From the NCBI GenBank assembly GCA_041915545.1, contig JAYSBF010000013.1, positions 13,390-77,389 of the forward strand: a DNA stretch of 64,000 nt, read 5' to 3'. The position numbers and the translations under genes are program-made. The notes under the pieces were generated by a model. The model worked only from the letters and a program-made list of their open reading frames with translations. It was not told the DNA's origin and made no database searches. Origin of the DNA: Magnetospirillum sp. GTDB lineage: Bacteria; Pseudomonadota; Alphaproteobacteria; Rhodospirillales; Magnetospirillaceae. Positions 51,101 to 58,070 of the stretch are shown one piece after another. The stretch's first letter is position 1. The number at the start of each line of letters is the position of its first letter.

Positions 51101-52509
51101 TGCCCGATCTGGCCGGGCGTCTGTTCGCCCAGATGATGGAGTTGTTCGAACAGGGGATTTTCCATCCGCTGCCCTATCGGGTTTTCCCCCAGGACCGCAT
51201 CGTCGATGCCTTCCGTCACATGCAGCAATCCCGCCATATGGGCAAGATCATCGTCGCCGATGATGGCGTTGATGATCTGGTGGCATCCGTTCCGGCGGAT
51301 GGCGGTCAATCCCTGACCCTGGACCCCGATGGTGCTTATCTGGTCACGGGGGGGCTGGGCGGTTTTGGTTTGGCCACGGCCCAATGGCTGGCGGAACGCG
51401 GTGCCCGGCATCTGGTTCTGGCCAGTCGGCGGGGTAAGGCCGATGACGACGCCCAGGCCGTGCTGGATGCCCTGGCGGCGCAAGGGGTCGAGATTCAGGC
51501 GCGGGCCTGCGACGTGGGGGATGCCGCCCAGGTGGATGAACTGATCCAATCCATTGCCGCCCGTCGGCCGTTAAAGGGGATCATTCATGCCGCGGCGGTC
51601 TTTGATGACGGCATTGCCGCCACCATGACCCATGACCAGTTCAACCGCGTCCTGTCGCCCAAGCTGGAAGGCGGCTGGCACCTGCATCGCGCCAGTCTGG
51701 GCCAGCCCTTGGATCTGTTCGTGCTGTATTCATCGGTCACCACCATCTTGGGCAATCCCGGCCAAGCGAATTACGTGGCCGGTAACATGGCGTTGGAAGC
51801 CTTGGCCCACCATCGGCGGGCGCGGTCCCTGCCTGCCCTGGCGGTGGGTTGGGGGGCGATCGCCGATGCCGGGTACTTGACCCGCCATACCGATGTGCGC
51901 GATACGCTGTCCAAGCGTATGGGGGTGGATGCCTTGACCGCCCGCACGGCGCTGGACAGTCTGGGCGCCTTGCTGGCTGGCGATCACCCGCCGGTGGTTT
52001 GCGTGGCCGAGGTGGATTGGCGGACCATGGCGGCCTTGCCTGCCCTGAAATCGCCGCGCTTCGCCCTGGTGGCCAGCGGTGGACGGACGGAAAGCAGCGG
52101 CGAAGCTTTTGATCTGGATAAGCTTCTGGCGGGATTGAGCCCGCAGGAAGTGACCCAGGTGTTGACCGAATTGGTGGCCGAACAGGTGGGCACCGTGCTG
52201 CGCATTCCGGCGGAACGGTTGGATGTCACCCAATCCGTCTTTGAAATGGGGATGGATTCGCTGATGGCCATGGAATTGCGCTCAGCCATCGAAGAACGGT
52301 TCGGCGTGCAATTGCCTGCCATGGCCTTGTCCGAGGGAGCGTCCATCACTCGTCTGGCGGAACGCATCCGGGCACATCTGATGGGGGATGCCAAGGCGGA
52401 TGCCGCCCAGGACGATGTCACCGCCTTGCTGGCCCGTCATGCGGAAGGTGCGGATAAGGCTGTCGTGGCTCAGGGCGTGGCCGCCTTGGCCGGGACGGCA
52501 GATAAATAA
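45103..52509 (+). CDS. Single-module type I PKS: KS-AT-DH-(degenerate MT)-ER-KR-ACP (RkpA/WcbR-like)
   Basis: KS DTACSSS/HGTGT/KSNIGH; AT GHSVG/YAFH; DH HQVGGLAVFP; ER IHGAAGGVG; KR GGLGGFG/GQANY; ACP GMDSL; no thioesterase. Confidence 0.95.
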   Translation: MISAVYSKNPIAIIGQACRFPGGGTSPDRFWSLLMEGRDAVSEIPDDRWDKRHFFHPDADEAGRAYTFRAGTLGDVAGFDAAFFGISPREAEQMDPQQRLLLELTWEAMESAGLTAERLAGSDTAVYVGVSSTDYADYRQGDPSGANAYFMLGSTLSIVANRLSYVFDLHGPSMAVDTACSSSLVALHEAVGAIRSGRCAQAVVGGVHLLLSPFPFVGFSKASMLSSYGRCRAFDRIAKGYVRGEGGGALILKPLAQAERDGDPILAVIEGVGLNSDGRTQGIALPSSERQEELLRKVYADCGANPSDLVYFEAHGTGTAVGDPAETGAIGRALSQRRPSGLPLPIGSVKSNIGHLEPASGMAGLIKAIGVLRHGVIPPTLHVDEPNPDIDFDGLNLAVATAARPVARGDRPALVGVNSFGFGGANAHVVLREYRVDTETVPASAAPAVLPPLPISARSPAALSAMAGDLADLLAGKTAPSVADLAWTLCHKRTHHSQRLMVRAATATALIDDLRQLADGKSPSGCIRNKTVSANPRVGFLFSGNGAQWLGMGVQLLAEDAAFRAEVERIDALIQSQAGWSVIAELQAPAETSRIDDTRFSQPMLFAVQAGLVAALAARGLGADAVAGHSVGEVIAAYAAGILTLEQAVHVIVCRSAVQGETRGMGRMAAVALGAQAARDAIAAYDGAIEVAAVNSPSAVTLSGREDALLALKDELGAKGVDFRLLNLDYAFHNRVLDPFQSRMLDSLGAVTAAEGRLRFYSSVTGAVIGGPHLDSQYWWENVRRPVLFQQAVEAMLADGIDVLVEISPHPIIHSYLRHIFRSLDAQAQALGSVNRQNAGAHRLDRVVDEAWTLGADLAWDRVVPAGRQVDLPTYPWQRERFWCPPTPESRGPLYHRWEARFLGARVAPSLPIWESTIDTGTLPFLADHQVGGLAVFPAAGFVEMALQASQCLWGDGQHDVEQLEIRRPLTLDRTKVVRFLWGEDQGTFQISSRPRMTDDGWTVHAVGRLTQSAATQPSVPPQLAADGAEIAAADHYAMADRIGLAYGPAFQTVTRTRVHGAVAVADLRFPTADEGGDGYLLPPGLFDGCLQVVFDLLKDHIQSASQPHAFLPVQIGRLLLHGDASRISRCHVRLDRMSRRSLVASIWLTDQDGAVIAEARSCRFQRMDMGKALGAPSQYEFETIPLSDRSPQSHWPHAAMPIWPTGADIGPDIGLDAIAAAFCAEALAATPKPAPEWNDVARLAGVLAAGHDSDQTAHDLWRSALNAHPGHLAELTLLGNLGLHLGRALAGDLVASSLLPANSTLDHLLDASPLVAVGHDAIAAALAQLVSHWPDSQRLRVIEVGGGAPDLTARLMALLPAGRYDYTIAAADAALALTAEAGLGHQHPDHSVVTFDAARPLADQEQLAVGSHDLVIAVNALGYWPDASTALAALASLGRGGARVLSCAPAAGAWLDLAAAVHAVAGKAFPLRPLPSDAFGGFDTASAVTVAGTALLAASLPAAALAANTGPLLAEDARPWLILAGGTDAEMALADVVADRLGAALIVLPEGEGDDETALRIPADSPAAWADFLATLVEAGSEPAGLIHLWGLAEPRQGRDGDLSHQNRRCWSTLAFAQATTQVSLSQSPHLVTVTRGALDGEISQAPLWGLARVLGNEFPQLSVRRIDLDPMAFAGLGAALAAEIAAPDAQDEVRLGLDWRQGLRLRKRAVKPVGASASAPAALARTLSFGAGSLDHLAWVDASRRAPGAGEVEIRIRASGLNFRDVMLALGVLPDEAVENGFAGANVGMEAAGTVVAVGAGVDRLSVGDDVLFFAPACFASHVTTKVTAVARKPASLGFAEAATIPTAFFTIYYALSELARLRAGERVLIHGAAGGVGLAAIQYARHVGAEIFATAGSPEKRAVVELAGVPRDHILDSRSLAFADQVMTLTQGQGVDVVLNSLAGEAIHKSLGLLRPFGRFLELGKRDFFANTPLGLRPFRNNISYFGIDADQLMAVLPDLAGRLFAQMMELFEQGIFHPLPYRVFPQDRIVDAFRHMQQSRHMGKIIVADDGVDDLVASVPADGGQSLTLDPDGAYLVTGGLGGFGLATAQWLAERGARHLVLASRRGKADDDAQAVLDALAAQGVEIQARACDVGDAAQVDELIQSIAARRPLKGIIHAAAVFDDGIAATMTHDQFNRVLSPKLEGGWHLHRASLGQPLDLFVLYSSVTTILGNPGQANYVAGNMALEALAHHRRARSLPALAVGWGAIADAGYLTRHTDVRDTLSKRMGVDALTARTALDSLGALLAGDHPPVVCVAEVDWRTMAALPALKSPRFALVASGGRTESSGEAFDLDKLLAGLSPQEVTQVLTELVAEQVGTVLRIPAERLDVTQSVFEMGMDSLMAMELRSAIEERFGVQLPAMALSEGASITRLAERIRAHLMGDAKADAAQDDVTALLARHAEGADKAVVAQGVAALAGTADK

Positions 52510-52564
52510 TTAGGCCACCCGTGGCTGTCTCGTCGGGTGTTGGCATAAGAGAGAATGGGGTGGG

Positions 52565-53968
52565 ATGAGCGAACATCAGAAAGATCACCGGTCCTTATCG
52601 GCCCAGGAAAAACAGGACCTGCTGAAAGCGATCCTGAAAAAGCGCAAGGGTGATCAAAAGCCGACCGATCAGCCCGCCATCACGCCAGCGGCCGGTGCGG
52701 CTTTGTCAGCGGATGCGGAACCGGCGGAAGAGACGTGGCGGATTGAAAAATTTCCCGCCTATCAGCAGGTACTGGTCCAGCGGTCGGTGGCCCGGCATCT
52801 GGGGGTGGAAAGCCCGTTTTTCACGGTGCATGACGGTGTCAGCGGGGCTACCACCCAGGTGGGCAACCGGACCTTGATCAATTACGCCACCTATAATTAC
52901 CTGGGTTTAAATGGCGATGCGCGGGTGACCAAGGCGGCCAAGGACGCCATCGACATCTATGGCGTATCCGCTTCGGCCAGCCGGGTGGTGTCGGGGGAAC
53001 GCCCGCCCCACCGTCAATTGGAAAAGGCGCTGGCCGCCTTGCATGGCGTCGATGACGCCATTGCCTATGTGTCCGGTCATGCGGCGAATGTCAGCACGAT
53101 CGGCTGCCTGATGGGACCGCGCGATTTGATCGTGCATGACCGGCTGGCGCATAATTCCATGCTGCAGGGGGCGTTGCTGTCCGGGGCGGCGCGTCTGCCT
53201 TTTTCTCATAATGACATGGATGCGCTGGATGACATCCTGACCCGCAATCGGCGCAATTACGAAAAGGTGCTGATCGCGGTCGAGGGTATCTATAGCATGG
53301 ATGGCGATATGTGCCCGCTGGACCGGCTGGTCGAGTTGAAGCACCGTCATCATGCGTTGCTGATGGTGGATGAAGCCCATTCCCTGGGGGTATTGGGGGC
53401 GACCGGGCGCGGCGTGGGGGAACAGTTCGGGGTCAATGGCGCCGATGTGGATTTGTGGATGGGCACCCTGTCCAAGACCTTGTCGGGCTGCGGCGGCTAT
53501 ATCGCCGGGTCGGCGGCCTTGGTGGAATTGCTGAAATTCACCTCGCCGGGTTTCGTTTACTCGGTGGGCATGCCCCCGGCCATCGCCGCCGCCGCCGTCG
53601 CATCGCTGGAATGCATGCTGGCGGAACCGTGGCGGGTGGAAAAACTGCGCCATAACGGACGTCTGTTCCTGGACACCGCCCGTGCCGCCGGGTTGGATAC
53701 CGGCCTGTCCCAGGGCTTTAACATTATTCCCGTGATCACCGGGCGGTCGGTGCTTGCGGTCAAGCTGTCCAACACTTTGCTTGATCTGGGGATCAATGCG
53801 GCCCCCATCATTTATCCGGCGGTGGATGAACGGGCGGCCCGACTGCGCTTTTTTCTGTCCAGCGAACATAGTGACGACCAGATCCGGCAGACGGTGCAGG
53901 TGGCGGCACGGGAATTGGAACGTCTGCGCCAAGAAAGCGATGCGCCCGATGCTCCTGCCGATGAATAG
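52565..53968 (+). CDS. AONS/serine-palmitoyltransferase-family PLP enzyme (RkpG/WcbT-like)
   Basis: YNYLGL, SMDGD, VDEAHS, GTLSKT (PLP lysine), RLRFF; ~55-aa N-terminal extension. Confidence 0.92.
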   Translation: MSEHQKDHRSLSAQEKQDLLKAILKKRKGDQKPTDQPAITPAAGAALSADAEPAEETWRIEKFPAYQQVLVQRSVARHLGVESPFFTVHDGVSGATTQVGNRTLINYATYNYLGLNGDARVTKAAKDAIDIYGVSASASRVVSGERPPHRQLEKALAALHGVDDAIAYVSGHAANVSTIGCLMGPRDLIVHDRLAHNSMLQGALLSGAARLPFSHNDMDALDDILTRNRRNYEKVLIAVEGIYSMDGDMCPLDRLVELKHRHHALLMVDEAHSLGVLGATGRGVGEQFGVNGADVDLWMGTLSKTLSGCGGYIAGSAALVELLKFTSPGFVYSVGMPPAIAAAAVASLECMLAEPWRVEKLRHNGRLFLDTARAAGLDTGLSQGFNIIPVITGRSVLAVKLSNTLLDLGINAAPIIYPAVDERAARLRFFLSSEHSDDQIRQTVQVAARELERLRQESDAPDAPADE

Positions 53969-54044
53969 TTGATTTAATCTTTTCTTTTTACGCTCAAGAC
54001 GGCGCATTCCGGCTGTAAACTCCTCGCTGATTGACGATCCTGTC

Positions 54045-55055
54045 ATGACAGTCAGCGAGGATAGGCCCATGACCAAACGCAATGTGGTGCTGGTTCAAGA
54101 TGGCGCCATCGACGAATTGGCGTCGGTGCTGTTATTGGCGTCCATGCCGGACATATCCATCAAGGCCATTGAAATCCTGAATGCCGATTGTCTGGCGGCT
54201 CCGACATTCCAGGCGACGGTACGGCTGCTGAAATTGATCGGGCGCGGCGATATTCCGGTCAGCATCTCGCCAGCGCGGGGGTGGAATCCGTTCCCGTGGG
54301 AATACCGGCAATACGCCATGATGGTCAATCTGTTGCCCATCGTTAATCAGTATCAGGCGGATGTGCCGGTTCCGGTGCCGCCCTTCACGGTCAGTTTGGC
54401 CGAAATTCTGAAGCGGGTGCGGGCCGAAGACCCCGGCACCCCCCTGGTGATCCTGTGCCTGGGGCCGTTGACCAGCGTGGCGGATGCCTTGCGGGATTTA
54501 TCCCGCGATGCCTATGACGAATTGGTCTGGATGGGCGGTGTCTATACCCCCCCGGATCAGGGCGATGTTTTACCCGTGGGCAATATCGACACCGGCATCG
54601 CCCCTGGGGCCAACCCCAATGCGGAATGGAATGTATACTGGGACCCTTATGCGGCGGATCGGGTGCTGAAAGCACAATTGCCCTTCCGCATGTTTCCGCT
54701 GAACGTCACCAATGATGTCTTGCTGACCCCCCAGATCATCCGGGAATATTTTTTGCCGCAAAGCCGGAAACACCCGATTCTGGACCTGATGGCCCAGATG
54801 TATTCCATGGTGGCATTCCAGGCCGGGTTCAGTTTTTGGGACACGGCAACGACCGCTTATTTGGGGGCGCCGCAATTATATGGCTTCAAGGACTATCCAA
54901 TTCGTGTGGATATCTCTCCCGATCCGGCAGCGCAAGGCACACTGAGTGTGGACGCCAAAAGCGGATCGCGGGTGACCATGGCCACCCGGATCGACGTGAA
55001 CGGATTTTATACCTATCTGGTGGATTCGCTGAAATCACTGCCGGTGAAGGTGTGA
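54045..55055 (+). CDS. Nucleoside hydrolase (IUNH family, purine-specific-like)
   Basis: DGAIDE, LGPLT, MGG, AEWNVYWDP, FWD. Confidence 0.88.
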   Translation: MTVSEDRPMTKRNVVLVQDGAIDELASVLLLASMPDISIKAIEILNADCLAAPTFQATVRLLKLIGRGDIPVSISPARGWNPFPWEYRQYAMMVNLLPIVNQYQADVPVPVPPFTVSLAEILKRVRAEDPGTPLVILCLGPLTSVADALRDLSRDAYDELVWMGGVYTPPDQGDVLPVGNIDTGIAPGANPNAEWNVYWDPYAADRVLKAQLPFRMFPLNVTNDVLLTPQIIREYFLPQSRKHPILDLMAQMYSMVAFQAGFSFWDTATTAYLGAPQLYGFKDYPIRVDISPDPAAQGTLSVDAKSGSRVTMATRIDVNGFYTYLVDSLKSLPVKV

Positions 55056-55171
55056 TCGTGGTTCCACGAATTTCCCATTGGTGGAACGTGTCAGCGGTCG
55101 TTGAGGTCGCAGCCAAGTGAGCGGGCACATGGACCATCCTGCGTTCCACCGAACGCAGGATGGTTGGGGGA

Positions 55172-56191
55172 TCACCAGCGCAAGACGCCGCCCAGGGGCT
55201 TTTTCTTGTTCCCCATACCGGCCTTGGTCACCAGCACCCATTCATTGACCTGCATGAAACGCGGGGCCAGGAATTGGTAAATGGTGCGGATATGGCTGGT
55301 GTTTTCTTCGGATTTGGATACGAAGACATTGCGCCAGACCGGAATGATTTCTTCCCAAGGCCACAGCCGACGGTACAATTCGTCGCGGACTCCCCGGATA
55401 TAATCAATCTGGTTGTCGATATTCTTCAGCATGGCCAGGATTTCGCCGGTCTGGGCATCGACCTGATCAAAGTAATCCTGGAAGACCTTCAGCGCCCGTT
55501 GCGACAGGCGGGCAACTTGGTCCGAGGTTTCGATCATGCTGCGGTCATGGGAATAGATACGGCGCAAAGCCTGGATTTTTTCGTCGATCTTTTTGATTTC
55601 GTGAAAAACGTCCCGTTCGGCCTCGATATAGGCAAGTTCCTTGGCCAAGGTTTCGATGTACTTGACCACTTCCTCGCGGTTATCACGGCCCAGCCCCAAC
55701 GCTTCCGCCGCTTCGGAAAAAGCCAGTTGGATGTTTTTCTTGATCTGGGGGTCTTCGGCGATCTGCATCAATTCCTCGGACGAGGTAAAGATGTGTTCGT
55801 CGCCGGTCAGCCAAGTGACCATCTGCATGGTCAGGCGCTGGTGGGCGATGCGCAAATGCCGGTCCGACGGTTCCCACGACGCCTCGCGGGTCAGGATTTC
55901 CTTGGGCAGCATGTCGCCCAGGCGCAGGCCACGGACGAATTGCAAACCTTCGGCGACCATGTCCAGCATGCGGCCATCGGGGCTGTCATCGCTCAGGGCG
56001 AATTCCCGCTTGATGCCATCAATGCCCAACACAGCTTCATTGCTGGCCAGCTTGACGATGGCCACCGGTTCGCCGCTATCGGTCAGACGAAAATAAATAT
56101 CTTCCAGCGAATGGAAGAATTTATGTTCGAAGACAACCGTTCCATCGCCAGGAAGATCCGTCTTTTTGTTGCTGCGGGTATCTGCCGCCAT
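55172..56191 (-). CDS. Conserved hypothetical, mostly helical cytoplasmic protein
   Basis: 339-aa ORF with host-like codon bias; AGAGG RBS before ATG 56191. Confidence 0.75.
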   Translation of the reverse strand: MAADTRSNKKTDLPGDGTVVFEHKFFHSLEDIYFRLTDSGEPVAIVKLASNEAVLGIDGIKREFALSDDSPDGRMLDMVAEGLQFVRGLRLGDMLPKEILTREASWEPSDRHLRIAHQRLTMQMVTWLTGDEHIFTSSEELMQIAEDPQIKKNIQLAFSEAAEALGLGRDNREEVVKYIETLAKELAYIEAERDVFHEIKKIDEKIQALRRIYSHDRSMIETSDQVARLSQRALKVFQDYFDQVDAQTGEILAMLKNIDNQIDYIRGVRDELYRRLWPWEEIIPVWRNVFVSKSEENTSHIRTIYQFLAPRFMQVNEWVLVTKAGMGNKKKPLGGVLRW

Positions 56192-56333
56192 GCCTCTGGG
56201 TCCTCGACCGATTGTTTGTCCGGCATTGATATAAAACAAACGCGAACGTCGCGCCTTAGTATGCCCGAGGTGTGGGGCCAGGAACAAGTGCCCGCGTTAG
56301 GGATTAAGCAACCTCTTTTCCCGCCGGGTCATT

Positions 56334-56948
56334 TCACCGCTGGTTCCGTTCATCCCGTGAGCAGACATCCAATATCTGGGTTCGGGACAAACTGCCCTGG
56401 CGGGCGTGGTCCTGGCTGGCGAATTGCTGCCGGGCATAGGCTTCGAACTCGGCCCAACTGACCTGAAAATCCACATTGGCATCGGCCGACATCACCGGGT
56501 CGGGCTGACTTTGCGGGCGATAGCCGCCACTGCCAGCCCGCGATGGTCCGCCGCGTTCGCGGGGGGACGGGTGATCATCATCGGGGCGGGGCGGGGTGAT
56601 CCGCATTCTGTAGGCGGTCAATTCATCGGCGGTGATCATGCCGTTGCCATCGGCATCGGCCAATTTGAACCAGCGGGCGGCATCCGCCAAATATTCGGGC
56701 AGATCCAAAGTTCCGTCACGATTGGTGTCGGTCCGGTCGAACCATGCCCCCAAAACCGCCGGACAGGATGGCTCGGGGCTGCCGCCGGGCAGGGGTTCGC
56801 CATTGGGGGTCACCACCGTCTGGGGATGGTGCGGACCATCGCCGGGCCGGGGGTGGTCGGGTCCGCATCCGGCCAAAAGCACGGCCAGAACCGGAAGAGC
56901 GGCCAGAAACAGCGGGGTGCGCGGACGGATCATCGGTCTGATTTCCAA
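56334..56948 (-). CDS. EF-hand domain lipoprotein
   Basis: Lipobox LLAGC; DTNRDGTLDLPE, DADGNGMITADE, DANVDFQVSWAE. Confidence 0.8.
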   Translation of the reverse strand: MEIRPMIRPRTPLFLAALPVLAVLLAGCGPDHPRPGDGPHHPQTVVTPNGEPLPGGSPEPSCPAVLGAWFDRTDTNRDGTLDLPEYLADAARWFKLADADGNGMITADELTAYRMRITPPRPDDDHPSPRERGGPSRAGSGGYRPQSQPDPVMSADANVDFQVSWAEFEAYARQQFASQDHARQGSLSRTQILDVCSRDERNQR

Positions 56949-56995
56949 GGTGGGGGCGGCGCCGTGATCGGATTATGGCGGATGATCATGACAAT

Positions 56996-57027
56996 AAAAA
57001 GACCGGCCACCGTCAAGGTGGCCGGTC
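56996..57027 (-). terminator. Intrinsic terminator of fabI
   Basis: GACCGGCCACC-gtcaa-GGTGGCCGGTC; T5 follows on the minus strand. Confidence 0.85.
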
Positions 57028-57050
57028 GACATTTCTTATCGCGGTGCGGA

Positions 57051-57851
57051 TCAGCCGACGATGTGATACCCGCCATCCACGAACAAGGTGCTGCCGGTCA
57101 CCGATTTGGCCAGATCGCTGACCAGATAGGCGGCCAGGGAACCGCAATCGTCGATGGTGGCCAATTGATGAGTCGGGGCCTTGGCGGCGGCGGCATCCAT
57201 CAATTCGTCGAAGTGATCAATGCCCGACGCGGCACGGGTCTTCAGCGGGCCAGGCGACAGGGCGACGACGCGGATACCCTTTTCGCCCAGTTCGGCAGCC
57301 ATGTACTTGGTGGTGGATTCCAGCGCGGCCTTGACCGGCCCCATGACGTTGTAATGCTCGACCACCTTGCGGCCACCATAGAAGGTGACGGTCATCAGGC
57401 ACCCACCATCCTTCATCAGCGGCTCGGCCAGCTTGGCCATGCGGATGAAGGAATGGCAAGACACGTCCATGGCCAGCTTGAAGCCATCCTGGGAACAATC
57501 GACCACCCGACCGTGCAGATCGTCACGGTTGGCGAAGGCGATGGAGTGGATGACGAAATCCAGCTTGCCCCACTTCTTTTCGATCTCGGCGAAGACCGCT
57601 TCCAACTGGCCTTCCTGCTGCACGTCGCACGGCAACAAGATGTCGGCGTCCAGGCCTTCGGCCAGGGGACGGACGAAACGGTCGGCCTTTTCGTTGAGGT
57701 ACGTGATCGCCAGGTCTGCCCCATAGGCACGGCAATGTTTGGCGCACCCATAAGCAATGCTTTGATCGTTGGCGATACCGACGATCAGACCTTTCTTGCC
57801 GGTCAGATCAAGTGTGGAAACTTGCTGATACGGCTTCAACGCGGCGTCCAT
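57051..57851 (-). CDS. fabI: Enoyl-ACP reductase FabI
   Basis: GIANDQSIAYG, HSIAFA, YNVMGPVKAALE, SPGPLKT, VDGG. Confidence 0.96.
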   Translation of the reverse strand: MDAALKPYQQVSTLDLTGKKGLIVGIANDQSIAYGCAKHCRAYGADLAITYLNEKADRFVRPLAEGLDADILLPCDVQQEGQLEAVFAEIEKKWGKLDFVIHSIAFANRDDLHGRVVDCSQDGFKLAMDVSCHSFIRMAKLAEPLMKDGGCLMTVTFYGGRKVVEHYNVMGPVKAALESTTKYMAAELGEKGIRVVALSPGPLKTRAASGIDHFDELMDAAAAKAPTHQLATIDDCGSLAAYLVSDLAKSVTGSTLFVDGGYHIVG

Positions 57852-57973
57852 GGAAGTACCTTTCCATTAAGTGATGCTGCGCCGCAGCGTAACTCAGGGG
57901 TGGCGCAGTCTCAAGCCCCCGACGGGATTTTCGCGGAAAAGTCACAACTTGACGATTCGCGTACCCGCCACGC

Positions 57974-58002
57974 TTGACGGGGATGACCACGGGGCGTAGC
58001 CT
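57974..58002 (+). promoter_or_regulatory. sigma70-type promoter for the SAM-II/metZ leader
   Basis: TTGACG-N17-TAGCCT; predicted start ~58008-58010, at the 5' edge of the riboswitch. Confidence 0.65.
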
Positions 58003-58007
58003 CTCGC

Positions 58008-58063
58008 CCCGTGGTAATTTGTCCGACCGGCTTGCGGCCACGTTAAATAACTCGCTAAAGAGG
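58008..58063 (+). ncRNA. SAM-II (SAM_alpha) riboswitch
   Basis: CGTGGTAATTTG...GGCTTGCGGCCACGTTAAATAACTCGCTAAAGAGG fits the SAM-II consensus (P1 CGUGG/CCACG, 3' GCUAAA) and lies upstream of a met gene. Confidence 0.9.
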
Positions 58064-58070
58064 TCTTTGC

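Noticed and set aside
45961-51549. Long minus-strand ORFs (845, 432 and 523 aa) opposite the PKS
   Set aside because: Antisense shadows of a GC3-biased gene; no motifs, and they fully overlap a clear CDS
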